A stretch of 64,000 bases of DNA from an uncultured Pelagibacteraceae bacterium. Lineage in GTDB: Bacteria; Pseudomonadota; Alphaproteobacteria; Pelagibacterales; AG-422-B15. The notes under the pieces are model-generated. The model ran no database searches and was not told where the DNA came from. It was given only the letters and a program-made list of their open reading frames with translations. A program made the position numbers and the translations under genes. The stretch is taken from positions 17,416 to 81,415 of the forward strand of contig CACCCN010000002.1 of NCBI GenBank assembly GCA_902544525.1, in the 5' to 3' direction. Of this stretch, positions 35,991 through 47,582 are shown one piece after another (position 1 is the stretch's first letter; each line of letters opens with the position of its first letter).

Positions 35991-37060
35991 TTATTTCTTA
36001 AGATACTAGCAACTTCTTTATCGGATATTGAACCTACTATATTGTTCTGATCATCTACTACACCTAATGTGGATCTAGTATCCAATATAGTTGGTAAACA
36101 TGATTCAATACTATCATTCATATTAACTTTAGGACCTTCTGTACCTTGGCTATTGCTTATCATTATTGATTTTACTTTAAGTACTTTTGCCCTATTAACA
36201 TCTTGAACAAACTTGGTCACATAATCATCTGCGGGGTTTAGTAAGATCTCTTCAGGTTTACCATTTTGTACAAGTTTACCTCCATTTAATATAGCAATTT
36301 GGTCACCAAGTTTTAGCGCTTCATCTAAATCATGAGTTATAAACATTATTGTTTTCTTTAAATTTTTCTGTAACTCAAGTAATTGATCTTGCATATCAGA
36401 TCTAATAAGAGGATCAAGAGCACTAAACGCTTCATCCATCAGTAATATATCTGGATCATTTGCTAATGCTCGGGCGAGCCCTACTCTTTGTTGCATACCG
36501 CCAGAAAGTTGATTAGGAAATTTATATTCAAATCCATTAAGGCCCACTTTATCTATCCAAAACATTGCTGTTTCGTTAGATTCTGCTTTTTCAACGCCCT
36601 TAATACTTAAACCTAATTGTACATTATCAATTATGTTTTGGTGGGGAAAAAGACCGAAACGTTGAAAAACCATTCCAGTTCTTGTTCGTCTAAAGTCTAA
36701 TAGCTCATTCTTATCTAGCTTCGTAACATCCTGATTATCAACTAGCACAACACCCTCAGTTGGTTCAATAAGTCGATTAATGTGTCGAATAAGAGTAGAT
36801 TTTCCTGAACCTGATAGTCCCATAACAACTTGAATAGTCTGCTCTTCAATATCTAAATTAATATTGTCTAGCCCTAATACGTGGTTATATTTTGCAAGCA
36901 GCTCATCTTTATTTACACCATTCTTCACTTCTTGCGTCATCTCTTTAGCTTTTGGTCCAAAGATTTTATAGAGTTTTTCTATTTTTATTTTTACTTTACT
37001 CACGCGAACCCGCTCTATGCTGCTGTAATCTTTTTCCATAAGATTGTGAAACTCTATCAA
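35987..37060 (-). CDS. ProV-like ABC transporter ATP-binding protein
   Basis: GLSGSGKST, LSGGMQQRVGLARA, ILLMDEA. Start uncertain: ATG 37060 or 37039, or an in-frame GTG at 37003 that would give an 8-nt overlap with the permease gene. Confidence 0.9.
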   Translation of the reverse strand: MIEFHNLMEKDYSSIERVRVSKVKIKIEKLYKIFGPKAKEMTQEVKNGVNKDELLAKYNHVLGLDNINLDIEEQTIQVVMGLSGSGKSTLIRHINRLIEPTEGVVLVDNQDVTKLDKNELLDFRRTRTGMVFQRFGLFPHQNIIDNVQLGLSIKGVEKAESNETAMFWIDKVGLNGFEYKFPNQLSGGMQQRVGLARALANDPDILLMDEAFSALDPLIRSDMQDQLLELQKNLKKTIMFITHDLDEALKLGDQIAILNGGKLVQNGKPEEILLNPADDYVTKFVQDVNRAKVLKVKSIMISNSQGTEGPKVNMNDSIESCLPTILDTRSTLGVVDDQNNIVGSISDKEVASILRNN

Positions 37061-37886
37061 ATATTATTGCTAGAGCAACGATTGCTAATCCATTGAGTAA
37101 TCCCATTGTGAAGTACTGATTAGCAATTGCTTTGAGTACTGGTTGACCTAATCCCTTAACACCAATCATTGAAGCAATAACAACCATTGCCAAAGCCATC
37201 ATTATAGTTTGATTAATTCCTGCGAATATTGTTGGCAAAGCTAAAGGCAATTGTACACGAAAAAGTTTTTGTCTTTTATTTGCACCAAATGCATCCGCAG
37301 CTTCTAAAACTTCTTTATCTACTTCTCGAATACCTAAGTCAGTCAATCTAATTATTGGTGGTATAGCATAAATTACTACAGCTAATAGACCTGGAACTTT
37401 TCCTATGCCTAATAGCATGACCACTGGAATTAAATAAACAAAACTAGGCATTGTCTGCATTATGTCCAAAACCGGGGAAACCATTGATCGCGCCCTGTCT
37501 GAGCCTGACATTAAGATTCCAATTGGTATACCTAGACCTATTGATATAAAAGTACATACACCAATAATACTAACAGTGGACATTGTATCTTCCCACATTC
37601 CAAAGTAGCCAATTAAAATAAATGCAACAAAGGAACCAATCGTTAAATAAATACTTCTACTTCCAAAGTATATGAGCAGCAAAAATACTAGAATAACCAG
37701 TGGCCAAGGCGAATTTTGAAGTACTTTTTCAAACCAAACCAGAAAATATAAGACTGGATCAAAAACTGCTTCAATTGCATCGCCATACTCTCTAGAAAAA
37801 TTTCGGTAGGCCCCATCAACAGTTTTTTTAAAAAGACGAAGGCCTGCCTTACTCATTTCTGGGAATGTACTAAAAAACTCAACCAT
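36996..37886 (-). CDS. ProW-like ABC transporter permease
   Basis: MQTMPSFVYLIP...PPIIRLTDLGIREV...FRVQLPLALPTIFAGINQTIMMAL. Confidence 0.9.
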   Translation of the reverse strand: MVEFFSTFPEMSKAGLRLFKKTVDGAYRNFSREYGDAIEAVFDPVLYFLVWFEKVLQNSPWPLVILVFLLLIYFGSRSIYLTIGSFVAFILIGYFGMWEDTMSTVSIIGVCTFISIGLGIPIGILMSGSDRARSMVSPVLDIMQTMPSFVYLIPVVMLLGIGKVPGLLAVVIYAIPPIIRLTDLGIREVDKEVLEAADAFGANKRQKLFRVQLPLALPTIFAGINQTIMMALAMVVIASMIGVKGLGQPVLKAIANQYFTMGLLNGLAIVALAIIFDRVSQSYGKRLQQHRAGSRE

Positions 37887-37902
37887 AGATTTGAAAATTT
37901 AT

Positions 37903-37943
37903 TGAAAAAAATAAATGACGGGCAGTTAATTACCCGTCATTTA
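37903..37943 (-). terminator. intrinsic terminator/attenuator between binding-protein and permease genes
   Basis: TAAATGACGGG-10 nt loop-CCCGTCATTTA, with A7 on plus just 5' of the stem, which is a U-run after the hairpin on minus. Confidence 0.65.
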
Positions 37944-37953
37944 ATATCTTTTT

Positions 37954-38970
37954 TTATAGTGCAGATTCTATTTTAGCTTTGGCTGAACCATCAACCCAGC
38001 TATGCCATTCACTATAATTCTTTAAGAAATGCATTGCTGCATCTTCACCAGTCGCTTGGTTATCGTCTTTCCAAGCTAACAGCGCATTAATCGTACTATT
38101 TGGAAGCGCTCTTTTGACAATATAGTCCATGCCAATTCCAGCTTCTTGCTTAAAGCGATCTGTTACTACTGTATAAACTGATGAAACCACCCATGAGTTT
38201 TTCTGAGGATCAGCACAATCTTCTTGAGAAGTACAGCTGTTCCACTCATCATTATCATGAGGCACATCAAAGCTTAATTTTTTCATTGGATATTTACCGA
38301 GTATAGCTGTCGGTGCCCAATAGTAACCAAACCATCCTTCACCTTTGCCATATGCTTCAGCAATTGATCCAGCTAGTGCGCCACCAGATCCAGGATCAAC
38401 AATTCTAAAGCCTGCTTCTTCACCGCCAAAGGCTTTAAATAAATTGCCTGTACTTAACTGACAGTTCCAGCCTGACGGACATGTATATAATGCACCGCTT
38501 CCACCTTCTGGATGAGGAAATAAATCAGGACGTGCCAAAGCATCTTCGACAGTTTGAATTTCAGGATTAGCATCAGCTATATACTGAGGAATCCACCATC
38601 CTTCTTCACCTGTATCAGAAAAGACTTCTGCAGCGTAATGTAGTCTGCCTTCAGCAGTTGCAGCATCAAGGGCTGTTCTCACAGCGTTAATCCATAATTC
38701 TGGCGCAACATCTGGTTCACCTTTTTCCATCATTGAAGTTGCAGTAGGCATAGTAGCTCCAGGAACTAGTTCCACTTCACATCCATAACCATTTTCTAGA
38801 ACAACTTTATCAATATGAGCAAACATTTCAGCTGACGCCCAATCCATCTCAGCAACAGTTATGGAGCCACATTCAGTTTGTGCTACTTTCTGTTCTGAAC
38901 ACCCAGCGAACCCGAGTGCGATACCAAGAAATAAAATTCCAGATACCATTAGTTTTTTTGATATATTCAT
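37954..38970 (-). CDS. glycine betaine-type (OpuAC/ProX family) ABC substrate-binding lipoprotein
   Basis: Lipobox LGFAGC. Aromatic-rich OpuAC-like sequence (GWWIPQY, GYYWAPT). Noticeably less AT-biased codon use than its neighbours. Confidence 0.85.
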   Translation of the reverse strand: MNISKKLMVSGILFLGIALGFAGCSEQKVAQTECGSITVAEMDWASAEMFAHIDKVVLENGYGCEVELVPGATMPTATSMMEKGEPDVAPELWINAVRTALDAATAEGRLHYAAEVFSDTGEEGWWIPQYIADANPEIQTVEDALARPDLFPHPEGGSGALYTCPSGWNCQLSTGNLFKAFGGEEAGFRIVDPGSGGALAGSIAEAYGKGEGWFGYYWAPTAILGKYPMKKLSFDVPHDNDEWNSCTSQEDCADPQKNSWVVSSVYTVVTDRFKQEAGIGMDYIVKRALPNSTINALLAWKDDNQATGEDAAMHFLKNYSEWHSWVDGSAKAKIESAL

Positions 38971-39085
38971 TATTTTAACCTCTAAATTTATTAAGATAGA
39001 AATTATTAAAACATGGATATAATGCAGGTAAAAGCTAAAAAAAATTAAAATTTGATAATTAATAATAATAAATTAAAGCAATGAT

Positions 39086-39970
39086 TTAATTGACTTTTCT
39101 TGAACTATATAACTCTACTAATGGTGCACTTAAAATAAATAATGCCCCTAATAACTCGCGTATTGAAATTAATTCATTGGCAATTAGGTAGGCAGATATT
39201 ATTCCAATCACAACTTCAAACATAAGAAGTATTCCTGCTCTTCCTGGATCTACCTGATCTTGGCCATAAGTTATTAGCCAATAACCCGGTAGCAACCATA
39301 TAAACGCAAAAGCTAAAATAATTAAATATGTTTGAAATAAAATTTGTGAATTAAAGCCACTAATTATTTGACCATCTGGTAATAGGGTTGCTATCAAAAC
39401 AAAGACGCCCCCCATCAAAATAAAAATTGATGTTCCAAAATTAACATCAAGTTCTTCATTAACACGAATTAAACTTGCACATATCGACCAAAGCAGTCCT
39501 GAAAGTATTCCAAAAATATCAGCTAAAGAATTAGGTAAAAAATTACCTTTGTCTAAACCAGTTATTATAAAAAGACCAATAAACCCAGCTGTTATTGATA
39601 AAGCTCGTGAAACAGTAAGAGGAACTTTCAAAAAGACTATTTCAATAATCGTACTCCACACAGCTGTGAGATAGAAAAAAATTAAAATTCTTGCAACATT
39701 GCCTCTTAATAATCCTTCATTGTACAAACACATTGCTGCTGCCCCCATAGTCGCAGCAACTAAGGTAAGCATGATATTTCTTTTCGATAACAAATGAATA
39801 TTCTTAAGAGAAAAACATAAAAGAAATAATCCTGCTATTAAAAAACTTAGTGTTAAAGGTATAGCGTTGTTGTTTGCAGATTCATTTAAAAGTCTAAGTG
39901 GAAACCACCATGTCCCCCATAATAAGGTAGATAAAATTATTGCAAAATTTGGATTGATATTTTTAAACAT
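39086..39970 (-). CDS. DMT/EamA family transporter
   Basis: 10-TM hydrophobic profile. Confidence 0.8.
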   Translation of the reverse strand: MFKNINPNFAIILSTLLWGTWWFPLRLLNESANNNAIPLTLSFLIAGLFLLCFSLKNIHLLSKRNIMLTLVAATMGAAAMCLYNEGLLRGNVARILIFFYLTAVWSTIIEIVFLKVPLTVSRALSITAGFIGLFIITGLDKGNFLPNSLADIFGILSGLLWSICASLIRVNEELDVNFGTSIFILMGGVFVLIATLLPDGQIISGFNSQILFQTYLIILAFAFIWLLPGYWLITYGQDQVDPGRAGILLMFEVVIGIISAYLIANELISIRELLGALFILSAPLVELYSSRKVN

Positions 39971-40016
39971 TGATTATGTAATATACTATAGTAATTGTGT
40001 TTTATATATTTAACTT

Positions 40017-41645
40017 ATGAAAATAAAAAATTATACCTTCATTATCATTGGTGCTGGGTCAGCTGGATGTGTGTTAGCAAATAGACTTTCAGAAAATCCT
40101 TCAAATGATGTATTGCTAATAGAATCTGGTCCGTCAGATAAAACTTGGAAGACAGCAATGCCTGCAGCTCTCCTATATACAATGCATGATCCAAAATATA
40201 ATTATCTTTATAATACTGAACCTGAAACTTATATGAATAATAGACGAATGTTTTGTCCAAGAGCAAAAATGCTTGGTGGTTGCTCATCTCACAATGGTAT
40301 GGTTCATGTTAGAGGAAATGCGATGGACTTTGAAAATTGGTCTCAAGCAGGTTTACGTGATTGGAACTATGCAAATGTTTTACCTTATTTTCAAAAATCA
40401 GAAAACGTTGAAGGTCTTTCTAAAGATTTTCGTAATTCAGAGGGACCACTTAGATTATCAAGATCAGAAAATGGCAGTGTATTGTCAAAAGTGTACTTAG
40501 AAGCTGCATCGCAGGCAGGTTATGAAATCAATAATGATATGAACGGTTATAAACAAGAGGGTTTTGGATTAATGGATACAACAATTTCCAAAGGTAAAAG
40601 GCAAAGTACTAGCTATACTTACCTCCACCCAGTATCTAATCGAAAAAACCTGACAATAAAAACTGATCTTACTGTAAAAAAAATTATTATTGAAAATAAA
40701 AAAGCAATTGGTGTTGAATGTATAAGTAAAAAAGAAATAATTAACTATTATGCGGATGGTGAAGTATTACTATCAGCTGGCGCGATAAATTCTCCTCAAA
40801 TATTAATGTTATCGGGACTTGGTTCACAGAAACAACTTAATGAGCATGGAATAAATACCTTGGTAAATTTAGAGGGTATTGGACAAAATTTACAAGATCA
40901 TCTTGAAACATACGTTCAATATGAGTGCACTAAACCTGTAACTCTTTTTAATGAATATAATCCTATAAATATGGCTCTGACAGGAATTGAATGGTTTTTA
41001 TTTAAGACAGGTACAGCAGCCCACTCAAACTTAGAGACTGGTGGGTTTGCAAGGAGCAATGATTTAGTTGATTACCCAAATATTCAATATCATTTTTTCC
41101 CTTCTCTAGTTTTAGATCATGGCAGAACTAACCCAGATCGTCATGCATTTCAAGCACATGTAGGTCCAATGAGACCAACTAGCAGGGGTGAGATAAAATT
41201 AAAATCTGATGATCCATATGCAGCTCCATCTATTAGATTTAACTACATGCAAACGGAGCATGATCTTAAAGAAATGAGAGAGGGAATAAGATTGGCTCGT
41301 GAAATTTTTCAGCAGAAAGCATTTGATGAATTTAGAGGCAAGGAAATTAATCCTGGAAATGTTGATAATGATAATGATTTAAATGAATTCATTAGAAACA
41401 AGGGAGATACTGCCTATCACCCTTGTGGTACGTGTAAAATGGGTAAAGATAATACTTCGGTTGTAAATGAAAAGTTACAAGTATATGAAATAGAAAATCT
41501 TCGAGTAGTAGATGCATCTATAATGCCAAAGATAATTACAGGAAATTTAAATGCAACAACTGTGATGATTGCTGAAAAAGCCTCTGACTATATATTGGGA
41601 CAGTCACTGCCTGCAAACAATGTAGAATTTTATAGAGCAGGATAA
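40017..41645 (+). CDS. betA: choline dehydrogenase (GMC oxidoreductase)
   Basis: IIGAGSAGCVLANRLSE, GGCSSHNGM, C-terminal HPCGTCKMG...VVDASIMP. Confidence 0.8.
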   Translation: MKIKNYTFIIIGAGSAGCVLANRLSENPSNDVLLIESGPSDKTWKTAMPAALLYTMHDPKYNYLYNTEPETYMNNRRMFCPRAKMLGGCSSHNGMVHVRGNAMDFENWSQAGLRDWNYANVLPYFQKSENVEGLSKDFRNSEGPLRLSRSENGSVLSKVYLEAASQAGYEINNDMNGYKQEGFGLMDTTISKGKRQSTSYTYLHPVSNRKNLTIKTDLTVKKIIIENKKAIGVECISKKEIINYYADGEVLLSAGAINSPQILMLSGLGSQKQLNEHGINTLVNLEGIGQNLQDHLETYVQYECTKPVTLFNEYNPINMALTGIEWFLFKTGTAAHSNLETGGFARSNDLVDYPNIQYHFFPSLVLDHGRTNPDRHAFQAHVGPMRPTSRGEIKLKSDDPYAAPSIRFNYMQTEHDLKEMREGIRLAREIFQQKAFDEFRGKEINPGNVDNDNDLNEFIRNKGDTAYHPCGTCKMGKDNTSVVNEKLQVYEIENLRVVDASIMPKIITGNLNATTVMIAEKASDYILGQSLPANNVEFYRAG

Positions 41646-41647
41646 CG

Positions 41648-41959
41648 TTATTTCAGCTTAAATTTTTTAATATTCTTTCCATCCTTTATTGAAAAAATCT
41701 CAATAAAATCATCCCCATTAATTGCATAATAGATAGTAATTGTCTCATTATTACTAGTAATACTCTGAATTTCTGCATTATCAGCTAAATTAATATCTGT
41801 CACAATGTCTATATCTGAGTTATCACTAGTGAGTAAAGTATCATCATTTAATCTATAAATAATTGTGGAAATAATAGTTATAACACCAGCAATAATTAAA
41901 ACTCCCATGAATATCACAAGAAACTTCAACCCCTTAAGATTATTCTGATTATCAGCCAT
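41648..41959 (-). CDS. hypothetical membrane-anchored protein
   Basis: Single N-terminal TM helix (FLVIFMGVLIIAGVITIISTIIY) and an acidic/Asn-rich C domain. Confidence 0.5.
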   Translation of the reverse strand: MADNQNNLKGLKFLVIFMGVLIIAGVITIISTIIYRLNDDTLLTSDNSDIDIVTDINLADNAEIQSITSNNETITIYYAINGDDFIEIFSIKDGKNIKKFKLK

Positions 41960-42947
41960 GAGTAGTAAAATGCATCATCTTGAAGTAAATGTAAATAAAT
42001 ACATTGGCCAAAGACTAGACAAATTTATTGCAGAGAAGCAACCAGAAATTAGTCGCTCTAAAATTAAGTCATTAATAAAAAATGGATCTATAACTGTTAA
42101 TGCAGCGATAAAAGACCCAGACTACAAACTTATATTGCATGATAAGATAATTATTAAGGAGTCAATAAAGGAAGGCTATAAATTACTAGGCGAAAATATT
42201 CATCTTAATATTGTCTACGAAGATAAAGACTTAGTAATAATTGATAAACCTGCAGGATTGGTTGTTCACCCTGGAGCAGGAAATAAAAAAGGGACTTTGG
42301 TAAATGGATTAATTCACTTATATGGTAAAAACTTATCTACCGCTGGAGACGCTAATAGACCAGGCATAGTGCATCGTATTGATAAAGATACTAGTGGTTT
42401 ACTAGTTGTAGCAAGAAATGACTCTGCGCATATGAAATTATCAAAACAATTTGAAGAACACACAATTACAAGAAAATACTTAGCACTTTGCTGGGGCAAA
42501 ATAAAACCAGCATCAGGAAAAATAGAATCTTTAATATCACGAAGTAATAAAAATAGAATTAAGATGATGACTTCAAAATTAAAAGGGAAAAAAGCAGTTA
42601 CGAATTATAAAACTTTAGAAGTATACAAAGATAGCGCTTGTAACTCGATTGCCTCATTAGTTGAGTGCAATTTAGAAACAGGCAGAACACACCAAATTCG
42701 TGTTCATTTAACTGAAAAAGGGAATTCAATTATAGGAGATAAGGTTTATGGAAAGGCGCCTAAGCTCAAAATAAAAGCTTTAAGCCCTTTAACACAGAGC
42801 TTAATTAAAAATCTTCCAGGACAAGCTTTACATGCTTATTATCTTGGTTTCAAACACCCTACTAAAAATAAAAGTGAAGAATTTCAATCACTTAAGCCTA
42901 AATACTTGAGTAATTTGATTAATTCTATTAAAAACGAGATCTCTTGA
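41958..42947 (+). CDS. rluD: 23S rRNA pseudouridine synthase, RluA/RluD family
   Basis: S4 domain (RLDKFI), HRIDKDTSGLLV catalytic motif, TGRTHQIRVH. An alternative start exists at Met5 (41970). Confidence 0.9.
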   Translation: MSSKMHHLEVNVNKYIGQRLDKFIAEKQPEISRSKIKSLIKNGSITVNAAIKDPDYKLILHDKIIIKESIKEGYKLLGENIHLNIVYEDKDLVIIDKPAGLVVHPGAGNKKGTLVNGLIHLYGKNLSTAGDANRPGIVHRIDKDTSGLLVVARNDSAHMKLSKQFEEHTITRKYLALCWGKIKPASGKIESLISRSNKNRIKMMTSKLKGKKAVTNYKTLEVYKDSACNSIASLVECNLETGRTHQIRVHLTEKGNSIIGDKVYGKAPKLKIKALSPLTQSLIKNLPGQALHAYYLGFKHPTKNKSEEFQSLKPKYLSNLINSIKNEIS

Positions 42948-42979
42948 AATTAGAGGCCAAAGAACCAATATAATGTATT

Positions 42980-45153
<2,174 letters not shown>

Positions 45154-45163
45154 TTATAACTTT

Positions 45164-46504
45164 CTATATTTTTGTAAAAAAAGAATCAACTTCACTTATT
45201 ACTTTATCAAGAATAATTAAATTTTTACACTCAATCATTACTCTTAAAAGAGGTTCAGTTCCAGACATTCTAACTAAGATTCTGCCTTCGTCACCTAGAA
45301 TATTTTCCCAGTTATTTATTTTTTTTATTGTTTCATCCTCTTTTAAGAATTCAGTATCTTTTAAATTGAAATTAATTAATCTTTGAGGTAATGGCTCAAA
45401 AACATTCAAAGTTTTACTTGCTGGCTGTTTTTTTTCTATAATTATTCTTAAGACTTGAAGTGCAGTAATCATGCCATCTCCAGTGGCAATGAAGTCTCTC
45501 AATATTATATGTCCTGATTGTTCTCCACCAATATTGGCACCTTCATTGAGCATCATTTCTTTTACATACCTATCCCCAACACTTGCTCTTTGTAATTTTA
45601 TATTGTGTTTATCCAAAATATTTTCCAAACCTAAATTTGACATTTTAGTTGCAACCACTTTGTCAACTGATAGTTGATTATATTTATGCCAGTGTATCGC
45701 AATAAGTCCTAAAATTTGGTCTCCATCAATTACCTTTCCTTTTTCATCACAAATTATTATTCTATCACCATCACCATCTAAACTAATTCCTAGATCAGCA
45801 TTTTCTTCAATAACTCTCTTTGCCATGGTTTCAGGATGAGTTGAGCCACATTCATGATTTATATTTACTCCATTTGGCTCAACACCAAGAGTAATTACTT
45901 CCGCACCAAGTTCCCATAAAATTATTGGCGCAGCTTTGTAGGCAGCTCCATTAGCGCAATCAAGTACTATTTTTAAGCCATCTAAGTTTAATTTTTTTGG
46001 AAAAGTATTTTTTTGAAATTCAATATACCTTGCATTTGCATCTTCTAAGCGTTTTGCCCTTCCCATTTTTTTTGGATCTACAAGATGTTTTTCAATGCTT
46101 GAATCCATCAGCTCCTCTATTTCAACTTCGAGTGCATCTGGTAATTTGTCCCCATTTTTATCAAATATTTTAATACCGTTATCTAAATATGAGTTATGTG
46201 ATGCAGAAATCATAATTCCTAAATCGGCGCGCATTGACTTTGTAAGCATTGCAACTCCTGGTGTTGGTATTGGACCAAGTAGCAAAACATCAAGCCCCAT
46301 TGACAATAGTCCTGAAGTTATTGCCTGCTCAATTGTATATCCAGATAATCTTGTGTCTTTACCAATTACCACTCTATGACGATGTTCCCCTTTAGTAAAC
46401 ACCTTGCCAAGGGCCATACCTAAACGCATCATTGTTAAACCATTTAGTTTAGGACTGTTAGATGGCGCACGAATCCCATCTGTTCCAAAATATTTTTTTT
46501 TCAT
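45164..46504 (-). CDS. glmM: phosphoglucosamine mutase
   Basis: YFGTDGIR, ISASHNSY, DGDGDR. Start moved to ATG 46504, because the track's extension would overlap folP. Confidence 0.9.
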   Translation of the reverse strand: MKKKYFGTDGIRAPSNSPKLNGLTMMRLGMALGKVFTKGEHRHRVVIGKDTRLSGYTIEQAITSGLLSMGLDVLLLGPIPTPGVAMLTKSMRADLGIMISASHNSYLDNGIKIFDKNGDKLPDALEVEIEELMDSSIEKHLVDPKKMGRAKRLEDANARYIEFQKNTFPKKLNLDGLKIVLDCANGAAYKAAPIILWELGAEVITLGVEPNGVNINHECGSTHPETMAKRVIEENADLGISLDGDGDRIIICDEKGKVIDGDQILGLIAIHWHKYNQLSVDKVVATKMSNLGLENILDKHNIKLQRASVGDRYVKEMMLNEGANIGGEQSGHIILRDFIATGDGMITALQVLRIIIEKKQPASKTLNVFEPLPQRLINFNLKDTEFLKEDETIKKINNWENILGDEGRILVRMSGTEPLLRVMIECKNLIILDKVISEVDSFFTKI

Positions 46505-46511
46505 CTTTTTA

Positions 46512-47552
46512 TTATTTAATATTTTTAAAAACTTTAATTGCTTGAGAAGTTTCATAAACATCGTGTACTCTAAATATTTGTACACCTTGATTTAGAGCAT
46601 AAATAACGCTAGAAATTGAACCCCCAAGTCTTTTTTCTTCTAATGCATTTTTGTGCAATTTTCCAATGAAACTTTTTCTTGAAGATCCCAATAAAATTGG
46701 ACAACCCAAGGAATGGAATAAAGCAATGTTTGAAATTAGACTCAAATTTTGTTTCACACTTTTACCAAAACCAATTCCGGGGTCTAGTATTATTGATTTT
46801 TTATCAATTTTATTTTTTACGCATGTAGCTATATTTTTCTTAAAAAAATCATATACATCTAAAACTACATTGTCATATTTAATATTTAATTGCATGGTTT
46901 TGGGAGTTTTAATTGAATGCATTAATACAAATGGGATTTTTTTATTTTTAATAATTTCTATAGATCTGCCACTATACCTCAATCCAGATACATCATTAAT
47001 TAATTCAACTTTATTTTTTATACCTTCAACCATGACTTTAGGCTTTCTAGTATCAAGTGAAATAATCATTTTTTTATTTTCTTTTTTAATTTTTTTTATT
47101 ATTGGAATCACTCTTTCAATTTCAAGTTTTTCATTTACATTCGATGCACCAGGTCGAGTTGACTCTCCACCAATATCTATAATGTTGGCGCCATCTTTAA
47201 TCATTTGTTTTGCGTATTTGGCGGCTTTTTTTATGTCATTGTATTTGCCGCCGTCTGAAAAACTATCAGGTGTAACATTTAATATCCCCATTATATTTGG
47301 CTGATCAAAGCTTAATGAAGCAATTTTTTTTCGAGGATTAGTAATATTTTGTAGCTGTGCATTAACAGAATTTAATTCATTTCTATTTAATGAATCCAAC
47401 TCATCTAATTTTATACACTTTTTTATAACTTGATTTTTACTTCTACTAACTATTTCAACACTGCTAAAGTAAAGTTTTGAAGATCCAAGTTTTAAACAGT
47501 TTTTTGGTTTATTTAGGCTTTGAGAAAAAATGGGGCGCACATAGTATTTCAT
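46512..47552 (-). CDS. folP: dihydropteroate synthase (with about 70-aa N-terminal extension or mis-set start)
   Basis: MGILNVTPDSFSDGG, DIGGESTRPG, DPGIGFGK. Confidence 0.85.
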   Translation of the reverse strand: MKYYVRPIFSQSLNKPKNCLKLGSSKLYFSSVEIVSRSKNQVIKKCIKLDELDSLNRNELNSVNAQLQNITNPRKKIASLSFDQPNIMGILNVTPDSFSDGGKYNDIKKAAKYAKQMIKDGANIIDIGGESTRPGASNVNEKLEIERVIPIIKKIKKENKKMIISLDTRKPKVMVEGIKNKVELINDVSGLRYSGRSIEIIKNKKIPFVLMHSIKTPKTMQLNIKYDNVVLDVYDFFKKNIATCVKNKIDKKSIILDPGIGFGKSVKQNLSLISNIALFHSLGCPILLGSSRKSFIGKLHKNALEEKRLGGSISSVIYALNQGVQIFRVHDVYETSQAIKVFKNIK

Positions 47553-47582
47553 TCACACCTCAGCATAATTTCCAATTGAAAT

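Noticed and set aside
46505-46585. The long glmM ORF start (MYKYLEYTMFMK...) overlaps the folP 3' end by 74 nt
   Set aside because: The conserved GlmM N-terminus (MKKKYFGTDGIR) starts at ATG 46504, leaving a 7-nt gap to folP. The upstream extension has no homology signal.
46651-47304. 217-aa ORF antisense to folP. Similar long antisense ORFs occur at 48259-48663 in ftsH, 54064-54501 in tolA, 23289-23636 in a DMT gene and 9502-10096 in asparaginase.
   Set aside because: They lie entirely inside well-supported genes on the opposite strand. They have low-complexity or hydrophobic composition typical of AT-rich antisense frames, no start context and no recognisable motifs.
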